Below, piece by piece: positions 26,907-34,044 of a stretch of DNA of 40,353 bases; the first letter of the stretch is position 1, and every line of letters starts with the position of its first letter. The translations under genes and the position numbers were made by a program. The notes below the pieces were generated by a model. The model worked only from the letters and a program-made list of their open reading frames with translations, searched no databases and was not told the DNA's origin. This DNA is from an uncultured Rhodospirillaceae bacterium (GTDB lineage: Bacteria > Pseudomonadota > Alphaproteobacteria > UBA7887). Where the stretch lies: assembly GCA_913045505.1 (NCBI GenBank), contig CAJWQN010000002.1:1-40353 (forward strand), in the 5' to 3' direction.

Positions 26907-29216
26907 GTGGTCGGAGCCGCGCCGCGGCTGGCCGAGGCCATCGCCCATCACCGGGCCGGTCGCGCGGCCGAGGCCGATCGATTGTATCGGGACGTGCTCG
27001 CCGCCGAGCCCGAGCAGGTCGATGCCCTCAACCTGCTCGGCGTGCTCGCCCATCAGCGTGGCGATCACGCCGGCGCGGCGGCGTTGATCGAGCGGGCGAT
27101 CGAGCTCCGCCCCGGGGTCGCCGATTTTCACAACAATCTGGGCGAAGCGCTGCGCGGCCTGGGCCGGATCGACGATGCCGCTCGCCAGTACCGCCGGGCG
27201 CTGGACTGTGATCCCGACCATGCCCACGCCCATGGCAATTTGGGCCTGATCGCGCTCGAGCAGAATCGTCACGAGGAGGCTACGGCCGCCCTCGCGCGGG
27301 CGGTGGCGCTCAAGCCGGACTCGGCGCCGTTTCAAATCAATCTGGGCCGGGCGCTGGCCAAGACCGGGCGCATCGATGACGCACTGGCCAGCTTTTCGAA
27401 GGCCGATGCCCCCTATTGGACCGCCCTGACCCTGCATCGCCAGGGCATGCTCGACGGCGCGATCGATCATTACCGCATCGCGCTCGACCGCGATCCGGAC
27501 CGCGCCGAGGCACGGTCCAATCTGGCGGCGGCCCTGGTCGAGAGGGGCGAGCCCGAGGCGGCGCTGCCCCTGTATCAGGCGGCGTTGGCCCAAGGTGAGG
27601 GCACGGCGGCGATTTACAACAATCTCGCCTTGGCCCTTCACAGACTCGGCCGTCTCGGCGATGCCGACGATCATTACCAGGCCGCCCTGGCGCGCGCGCC
27701 CTCACATCCGGACACCCTCAACAATCTGGGTGATCTTCGGGTCGAACAGGGCCGCGTGACCGAGGCCTTGGCGCTTTACGAGCGCGCGCTCGCGATCGAC
27801 CCCGATCACGACCACGCTTATGTCAATCTGGTCGCGCGCGCCAACTTGATTTGCGATTGGACGCGGCTGGCGAAGTACTTGCCCGGACTGGCCGCCCGAC
27901 TGGAACGAATCGCCGCCACCGGCGCCAATGCCGACAGCCTGATCCCGCTCACCTTCACCTTGCCGTACGTCTCCAGCGAGAACACGCACATCCGCGCGGT
28001 CGCGACCTTGGTCGGCGAGAGCTTGGCGCGAAGCGTGCCGCGACTGGCGGCGCGGGGCGCCATCGGCCGGACCCGCCGGCTCAAGATCGGCTACCTGTCG
28101 CCTGATTTCGGCGACCATCCGATCAGCCATGTCACCCGACCAATTTACGGGCTCCACGATCGGGACCGGTTCGAGGTGCTGTGTTATTCGCTGCTCGATC
28201 GGGCCGGCGCGGGCGGGCCGCATCTCGACTCCATTCGCTCCGATTGCGACCGGTTCGTCGACCTCGCCAAGTTGTCCGACCGTGACGCGGCCGAGCGCAT
28301 AGCCGCCGACCGGATCGATATCCTGATCGACCTGTCCGGATACATGCGCCACAACCGGGCCCGCATCCTGGCCATGAAGCCGGCGCCGCTCCAGGCCTAT
28401 TGGCAGGGCCACACCGGCACTCTGGGCGCCCCCTACATCGACTATGTGATCGGCGACGAGATCATGATGCCGCCCGAGGACGCTGAGTTCTTTACCGAAA
28501 AAGTGGTTCGCCTGCCGGATACCTTCTCCAGCGCCGACCGGCCGCCGATCGCGGAGGTCACGCAACGACGCTTGGATTTCGGCCTGCCCGAAACCGGCAT
28601 CGTCCTCTGCGCGTTCAACAATCCGCTCAAGATCGAGCCCGAAACCTTCGACGCCTGGATGCGGATTCTCGCCGCCGCTCCGCAAGCGGTCTTGTGGCTC
28701 AGCGAATCCAAGGATCCGGCGGTCCGGGACAATCTGGGCGCGGCGGCACGGGCCCGCGGCATCGACCCGGCGCGATTGGTGTTCGCATCGCGGATCCCAG
28801 ACAAGGCGGAGCACCTTGCCCGCCATCGCCTCGCCGACCTGTTTCTGGATACATTCAAGTTCAACGCCTCGACCACGGCGCTGGATGCGTTATGGACCGG
28901 GCTGCCGATCGTCGCCCGGCGTGGCAACAACGCCTATTCCCGGATCACCGCCTCCTATCTGAGCGCCGTTGGCATGGCCGAACTGGTGTGCCCGACCACC
29001 GACGCCTATGAGCGACTGGCTCTGGATTTGATTGCCGACTCGGGTGCGCGCGCCGCGGTCAAGGCCAAGCTACAGGCAAATCTGCCGACCAAGCCGTTGT
29101 TCGATTCAGAACGATTCGTTCGACATCTGGAAGCGGCCTATCAGATGATGTGGGACCGTCATGCAACCGGCGCGCGACCCGGCGCGATCGACGTCACCCC
29201 TTTGGATGCCGGGTGA
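26907..29216 (+). CDS. TPR-repeat + GT41 (OGT/SPINDLY-type) glycosyltransferase, paralog J
   Basis: GTG 26907 lies 7 nt after AAGGAG. TPRs are followed by IGYLSPDFGDHPISHV, ILIDLSGYM, QAYWQGHTGTLGAPYIDYVIGD, RLADLFLDTFKFNASTTALDALWTGLPIV and PLFDSERFVRHLEAAYQMMW. Confidence 0.85.
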   Translation: MVGAAPRLAEAIAHHRAGRAAEADRLYRDVLAAEPEQVDALNLLGVLAHQRGDHAGAAALIERAIELRPGVADFHNNLGEALRGLGRIDDAARQYRRALDCDPDHAHAHGNLGLIALEQNRHEEATAALARAVALKPDSAPFQINLGRALAKTGRIDDALASFSKADAPYWTALTLHRQGMLDGAIDHYRIALDRDPDRAEARSNLAAALVERGEPEAALPLYQAALAQGEGTAAIYNNLALALHRLGRLGDADDHYQAALARAPSHPDTLNNLGDLRVEQGRVTEALALYERALAIDPDHDHAYVNLVARANLICDWTRLAKYLPGLAARLERIAATGANADSLIPLTFTLPYVSSENTHIRAVATLVGESLARSVPRLAARGAIGRTRRLKIGYLSPDFGDHPISHVTRPIYGLHDRDRFEVLCYSLLDRAGAGGPHLDSIRSDCDRFVDLAKLSDRDAAERIAADRIDILIDLSGYMRHNRARILAMKPAPLQAYWQGHTGTLGAPYIDYVIGDEIMMPPEDAEFFTEKVVRLPDTFSSADRPPIAEVTQRRLDFGLPETGIVLCAFNNPLKIEPETFDAWMRILAAAPQAVLWLSESKDPAVRDNLGAAARARGIDPARLVFASRIPDKAEHLARHRLADLFLDTFKFNASTTALDALWTGLPIVARRGNNAYSRITASYLSAVGMAELVCPTTDAYERLALDLIADSGARAAVKAKLQANLPTKPLFDSERFVRHLEAAYQMMWDRHATGARPGAIDVTPLDAG

Positions 29217-29228
29217 GGAGCCGGCGCC

Positions 29229-31163
29229 ATGTCCTCCGATCCACGACTCGCCGCCGGACTGAAGGCCCACAAGGCCGGCCGTTTCGGAGAAGCCCAAGGT
29301 CACTATCAGGCGCTGCTCGATGAACGCCCCGACCATGCCGATGCCCTGCACCTGCTCGGGCTGACCTGCCACCAGAGCGGCGATCGGGCTCGGGCCGTCG
29401 AGCTGATTTCACGCGCCATCGTGATCAACGACGGGGCGGCCGATTACCACAACAGCCTCGGCGCGGTGCATGAGGCCCTGGGCTCGCTGGCGGACGCGGC
29501 CGAATGCTATCGGCGGGCGATCGTCCGCGATGCCGGATTCGCCAAGGCCCATCACAACCTGGGGGCCGTGTTGCAGAAGTCCGGCGATGCCGAGGCCGCC
29601 ATGTCCTGTTTTCAAACCGCCCTCTCGCTGCGGCCCGATATGGCCGGATCGATGGATGCCCTGGGCACCACACTTCTGGTGCTCGGCCGGCTCGAGGAAG
29701 CGGTGGCTTGTTTCCGTTCGGCGCTGGACATGCAGCCCGACTGTCACCGGGCCTATTTCAACCTTCTGGCACGGGCAAGCCAGCTTTGCGATTGGTCGAC
29801 CCAGGCCGCGCTGTTGCCGGAGTTCGAACGCCGTCTGAGCAGCTATTTGCGGGCCGGCGACGACCCCCGGCAATTGATGCCGCTGGCCTTCGCGCTGCCC
29901 TATTTCCGCGACGACGCGGTGCTGCACAAGACCTTGCTGGCCGGTCTCGGCAGCCATTTCGAGGCCGAGGCGGCGGGCCGGGCCCATGGTCATCCGCCCG
30001 CGCCGCATTCGGGGCGGATTCGCCTGGGCTATGTCTCGGCCAATTTCGGCGATCACCCGATTGCCCAGGTCACCCGGCCGGTGCTGGCGCTTCACGACCG
30101 CTCGGAATTCGAGGTCGCCGCCTACGCTCTGGCCGCCACCGATGCCCGGTCACCGATCCGCCGGGCCGTCGATCGCTTCGTCGATCTGTCGGCGGCTTCG
30201 ACCGAGGACGCGGCCCGCCAAATCCGCGCCGATGGCATCGAGATTCTGGTCGATCTCGGCGGTTACATGCGCCATGCCCGTCCGGCGCTGTTCGCCTTGC
30301 GCCCGGCCCCGGTGCAGGTCTACTGGCTCGGCCACGGCGGCGGGCTCGGCGCGCCCTATATCGACTACGTGATCGGCGATCCGATCCTGACCCCGCCCTC
30401 GGAGGATGATCGTTTCGTCGAATGCATCGCCCGTCTCCCCGACAGCTTCTCGACCGCCGAACGCGCCCTGATCGCCGAGGAGTCGCCGAGCCGGGCCGAT
30501 CAGGCCCTGCCCGAGGCCGCGATCGTGTTCGCGGCGTTCAACAATCCGCTCAAGATCGAGCCAGCGGTCTTCGACGCCTGGATGCGCATCCTGGATTCGG
30601 TGCCCGACAGCGTGCTGTGGCTGAGCGAACCCAAATTCCCCCCGGTCTGGACAAAACTTCGGGCCGCCGCCGCCGCCCGGGGCATCGATCCCGACCGCCT
30701 GATCGGCGCCAAACGAGTCCCCGACAAAGCCGTCCATCTGGCGCGCCATCGCCTGGCCGACCTGTTTCTGGATACGTTCAAGTTCAACGCCTCGACCACC
30801 GCGCTCGATTCGCTGTGGGCGGGGCTGCCGGTGGTGACCTGCCGGGGCCGGGGATTCACCGGGCGGATCGGTGCCAGCTATCTGCGCGCATTGGGCATGG
30901 CAGATCTGATCGCCGAGAGCGAGGACGCCTATGTGCGGCTGGCGATCGACCTCGCCGGCCGGCCCGCCGCCCGGGCGGCGCTCCGCGCCCGCCTTGCCGT
31001 CGCCCGCGACACCGCGCCGTTGTTCGATACCACGCGATTCACCCGGCATCTGGAATGGGCCTATCGGCACATGGTGGAATGTTGGGGGGCGGGGGCGCGG
31101 CATGCCTCGTTCGACGTTCCCGCGGCCTTCGAGGAGGAATCCCATGCTATTGTCGGCTCATGA
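29229..31163 (+). CDS. TPR-repeat + GT41 (OGT/SPINDLY-type) glycosyltransferase, paralog K
   Basis: ATG 29229 lies 8 nt after GAGGAG. It has fewer TPRs (644 aa). LGYVSANFGDHPIAQV, ILVDLGGYM, QVYWLGHGGGLGAPYIDYVIGD, RLADLFLDTFKFNASTTALDSLWAGLPVVT, PLFDTTRFTRHLEWAYRHM. Confidence 0.85.
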   Translation: MSSDPRLAAGLKAHKAGRFGEAQGHYQALLDERPDHADALHLLGLTCHQSGDRARAVELISRAIVINDGAADYHNSLGAVHEALGSLADAAECYRRAIVRDAGFAKAHHNLGAVLQKSGDAEAAMSCFQTALSLRPDMAGSMDALGTTLLVLGRLEEAVACFRSALDMQPDCHRAYFNLLARASQLCDWSTQAALLPEFERRLSSYLRAGDDPRQLMPLAFALPYFRDDAVLHKTLLAGLGSHFEAEAAGRAHGHPPAPHSGRIRLGYVSANFGDHPIAQVTRPVLALHDRSEFEVAAYALAATDARSPIRRAVDRFVDLSAASTEDAARQIRADGIEILVDLGGYMRHARPALFALRPAPVQVYWLGHGGGLGAPYIDYVIGDPILTPPSEDDRFVECIARLPDSFSTAERALIAEESPSRADQALPEAAIVFAAFNNPLKIEPAVFDAWMRILDSVPDSVLWLSEPKFPPVWTKLRAAAAARGIDPDRLIGAKRVPDKAVHLARHRLADLFLDTFKFNASTTALDSLWAGLPVVTCRGRGFTGRIGASYLRALGMADLIAESEDAYVRLAIDLAGRPAARAALRARLAVARDTAPLFDTTRFTRHLEWAYRHMVECWGAGARHASFDVPAAFEEESHAIVGS

Positions 31164-31740
31164 TACCCACTGGATGGGAAAGGCCTTGCACGTGGCGACC
31201 GCGGCGCCGGTGAAACTCTATCTCGGTTGTGGCCGGCGCCGGATTCCCGGATTCATCCATGTCGATCCGGACCCGCTGTCTCATGTCGAACATATCCAGC
31301 CGATCGATCGGCTGGATATGTTCGACGACGACAGCGTCGATCTGATCTATGCCAGCCATGTGCTCGAACAGTTCGGCCGCTACCGAATCTTCGACGTGGT
31401 CAGCGAGTGGTTCCGAGTGCTGCGCCCGGGTGGCGTGCTGCGCCTGGCCGGGCCGGACTTTTCCAAGGCAGCGCGCTACTACCTCGACCACGGCGACATT
31501 CGCGACGTGATGGGCCTGGTGGTCGGCGGCCAGAAATATCCGGGCGATCTGCACCTGGCCTTGTTCGACGAGACCAATCTCGGCGAGCTGCTGCTCGATG
31601 TCGGTTTCTGTTCGGTCGATCGCTATGACTGGCGACGGACCGAGCATGCCGAGATCGACGATCTGAGCCAGGCTTATTTGCCGCACATGGATAAGAAGCA
31701 CGGCACGCTGGTCAGCCTCAACGTCGAGGCGATCAAGTGA
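31144..31740 (+). CDS. Small SAM-dependent methyltransferase (type 2, paralog 2)
   Basis: ATG 31144 overlaps the end of paralog K by 20 nt; ATG 31174 is the alternative. LYLGCG, SVDLIYASHVLEQFGRYRIFDVVSEWFRVLRPGGVLRLAGPD and the C-terminus AYLPHMDKKHGTLVSLNVEAIK parallel the 26273 gene. Confidence 0.75.
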   Translation: MLLSAHDTHWMGKALHVATAAPVKLYLGCGRRRIPGFIHVDPDPLSHVEHIQPIDRLDMFDDDSVDLIYASHVLEQFGRYRIFDVVSEWFRVLRPGGVLRLAGPDFSKAARYYLDHGDIRDVMGLVVGGQKYPGDLHLALFDETNLGELLLDVGFCSVDRYDWRRTEHAEIDDLSQAYLPHMDKKHGTLVSLNVEAIK

Positions 31741-33440
31741 CCGAGGGCGCGCCCGATCCGCCCCCCGACCTCGAGCAGGCGCTCGAACATCACCGCGCCG
31801 GCCGCCTCGATGAGGCCGATGCGCTTTACCGCGCGTTCCGCGACATTCATCCCGATCATGCCGATGCGCTGCACCTTCATGGCCTGCTCGCTCACCAGCG
31901 CGGCGCGCATGATGAGGCGGCGGCCCGGATACGGCGCGCCATCGCCGGATGCCCGAACATCCCAATCTACCATGTCAGCCTCGGTGATGCCTGTCGCGCC
32001 GCGGGCGAAGTGGCGGCGGCGACCGACGCCTACGAGCGTGCGCTGGAATTGGCACCCGGCCTGGTCGAGGCGGTCAATGGCCTCGGTCTCATCGCGGTCG
32101 CCACCGGCGCGCTCGAGTCCGCCGCCGATCGGTTTCGCGAGGCCGCCAGGCTCGCGCCGGAGCGTGGCAAGCTTCATTTCAATCTCGCCAACGCCCTGCT
32201 TCATATCGGTGCCTATGAAGGCGCCGACGACGCTTTCGTCGCCGCTCTCGATCGGCAACCGGATGACGCCGACGCGCTGGCCGGGCGGGGCACGATCCGC
32301 CGTGATCTCGGCGACACGCCGGGCGCCATCTCTTTCTATCGACGCGCGCTCGACGCCCGGCCGGGAGATGGCCGTCTGCACAGCAATCTCGCGGTGGCGA
32401 TTCAGCAGACCGGCGACCTCGACGGCGCGCTCGAACATTTCGATACCGCCATCGCCTTGGCCCCCGATCTTGCCGAGGCGTACAAGAATCGGGCCATGCT
32501 GCTGTTGTTGCGGGGCGATTTCGAAGCCGGGTTCGATGGCTATGAGTGGCGCTGGCGCCACACCGACCCGATCAACACCAAGCGGCCGTTCCCGCAACCG
32601 GCCTGGGACGGCGGCCCGCTCGACGGCAAGACCCTGTTGGCCTGGGGCGAGCAGGGAATTGGCGACGAAATCATGTTTTCCTCCCTGGTGCCTGAGCTGG
32701 AGGCCGCCGCGGCAGGCTGCGTTCTGGAATGCGATCGGCGGCTCGAGCCCCTGTTCCGCCGCTCCTTTCCGCGCGTGACAGTGGTGGCGCGGTACGATCC
32801 CCCGAGCGCGGCAGCTCTGGCGTCCGACATCGACCTCCAATGCGCGACCGGCGACCTCTGCCGCTGGCGGCGCCGGCATCGCCGCGATTTCGCCTCCCCC
32901 GCCGCCTATCTGGTCGCCGACACCGAACGCGTCGCAGCCTTGCGCGCCCGTTACGATCGGCTCGGCGCCGGCCTCAAGGTGGGTATCGCGTGGCGCAGCA
33001 AGACCCCGGTCTGGGGCGCCATCAAGACCGCGAAGCTGGATCAGTGGGAGACGGTCCTGTCGCAGCCGGGGGCCGTGTTCGTCAATCTCCAGTACGGCGA
33101 CTGCGCGGCCGAACTGGCGCGCGCCGAGGCGTGCCATGGGGTCGTGGTACACCACGACGACACCGTCAACCAGATGGCCGATCTCGACGCCTTCGCGGCC
33201 CAGGTCGCGGCCATGGATCTGGTCGTGACCACGTCGAACACCACCGCCCATATGGCCGGTGCGTTGGGGGTGCCGTCACTGGTGTTGCTGGCCCATGTCC
33301 CGGATTGGCGCTGGCAGGCGACGGGCGATGCCGCGCTCTGGTATCCGCGTGTCCGCCTGATTCGTCAACCGCGTCCCGGATGCTGGGCGGAGGCCCTGGA
33401 GGTGGCCGGAGACGCCGTGGCGGCCCGGATCGCGGGATGA
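31737..33440 (+). CDS. TPR-repeat + GT9-like glycosyltransferase, paralog M (plus strand)
   Basis: GTG 31737 overlaps the methyltransferase stop (GTGA). LDEADALYRAFRDIHPDHADALHLHGLLAHQRG plus TPRs, then WGEQGIGDEIMFSSLV, NLQYGDC, VTTSNTTAHMAGALGVPSL, PDWRWQ, ALWYPRVRLIRQ. Confidence 0.85.
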   Translation: MTEGAPDPPPDLEQALEHHRAGRLDEADALYRAFRDIHPDHADALHLHGLLAHQRGAHDEAAARIRRAIAGCPNIPIYHVSLGDACRAAGEVAAATDAYERALELAPGLVEAVNGLGLIAVATGALESAADRFREAARLAPERGKLHFNLANALLHIGAYEGADDAFVAALDRQPDDADALAGRGTIRRDLGDTPGAISFYRRALDARPGDGRLHSNLAVAIQQTGDLDGALEHFDTAIALAPDLAEAYKNRAMLLLLRGDFEAGFDGYEWRWRHTDPINTKRPFPQPAWDGGPLDGKTLLAWGEQGIGDEIMFSSLVPELEAAAAGCVLECDRRLEPLFRRSFPRVTVVARYDPPSAAALASDIDLQCATGDLCRWRRRHRRDFASPAAYLVADTERVAALRARYDRLGAGLKVGIAWRSKTPVWGAIKTAKLDQWETVLSQPGAVFVNLQYGDCAAELARAEACHGVVVHHDDTVNQMADLDAFAAQVAAMDLVVTTSNTTAHMAGALGVPSLVLLAHVPDWRWQATGDAALWYPRVRLIRQPRPGCWAEALEVAGDAVAARIAG

Positions 33441-33997
33441 ACACGGTCTCCGGATTCGATGGGTTTGCGGCCGAACCCGGGGCTTATGGGCTTATCCTCG
33501 AAACCGAAGTCGCGGTCATGGCGCCGGGCGGGGTCCGGTTGCGCCCCGGACTGTACCTCTATGGCGGCAGCGCGCACGGCCCAGGCGGCCTTCGTGCCCG
33601 CATCCGCCGCCACGCGAAAGCCGACAAGCCGTGCCATTGGCACATCGACCGCCTGACCGGCGCGGGCCGGCTCGTCGCCGCGTTCGCGATTCGGGATGGA
33701 CAGGAATGCGCCGTGGTCGCCGCGGCGGCGGCCGTGGCCGGTGCCACCTTCCCGGCCCCCGGGTTCGGCAGCAGCGATTGTCGGAATTGCGTCGGGCACC
33801 TTGTGCGCCTGCCCGCGGGCTCGAAAGGCTACCAGAGCTTCGTCACGCAGCTCATCGGGAACTTGTGCTCGGCCGAGGATGAATCTCCGAACCGCTTGGA
33901 AAGGTTCTCCTCTTCCTCTTCCGCCGGGTCGAGCAAGGTCTTGGACAATCCGTGCCGTATCAGCCGGACCGGGGCCTCCTCCAGCGCGGCCGAATAA
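33437..33997 (+). CDS. DUF123 / GIY-YIG (Uri)-superfamily nuclease-like protein
   Basis: ATG 33437 overlaps the upstream stop (ATGA). Motifs: GAYGLIL, GLYLYGGSAHGPGGLRARIRRH, KPCHWHIDRL, ECAV, PGFGSSDCRNCVGHL, which is the DUF123 pattern as I remember it. The Ser-rich C-terminal tail (to 33997) is low-complexity, so the effective end is uncertain. Confidence 0.6.
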   Translation: MNTVSGFDGFAAEPGAYGLILETEVAVMAPGGVRLRPGLYLYGGSAHGPGGLRARIRRHAKADKPCHWHIDRLTGAGRLVAAFAIRDGQECAVVAAAAAVAGATFPAPGFGSSDCRNCVGHLVRLPAGSKGYQSFVTQLIGNLCSAEDESPNRLERFSSSSSAGSSKVLDNPCRISRTGASSSAAE

Positions 33998-34044
33998 TCC
34001 ATCGCCGTCGGCCCGGGGAAACTCGACCACGACCTCCGGGTTGT

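Noticed and set aside
12804-33251. Very long ORFs antisense to the TPR-glycosyltransferase genes (for example 12804..14414 +, 14213..16231 +, 19297..21156 +, 20748..22481 +, 23639..25099 -, 25670..26941 -, 27702..28826 -, 30150..31145 -, 31674..33251 -).
   Set aside because: They are Arg/Gly/Pro/Ala/Asp-rich with no recognisable motifs, and each lies opposite a gene with clear domain signatures. Such shadow frames stay open by chance in high-GC DNA because they share the GC-rich third codon position.
12159-33440. Periodic similarity across the island that could be mistaken for a DNA repeat array or CRISPR.
   Set aside because: The periodicity is the 34-aa TPR unit and paralog similarity at the protein level. 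There are no short direct repeats with unique spacers.
33829-34002. A 57-codon minus-strand ORF (MDYSAALEEAPVRLIRHGLSKTLLDPAEEEEENLSKRF...), starting 42 nt downstream of the GT4 stop, with high GC3.
   Set aside because: It lies entirely inside the tail of the plus-strand DUF123 ORF and shares its third-codon positions, so the GC3 signal is uninformative. It has no recognisable motif or convincing SD. It remains a minor possibility if the DUF123 protein really ends earlier.
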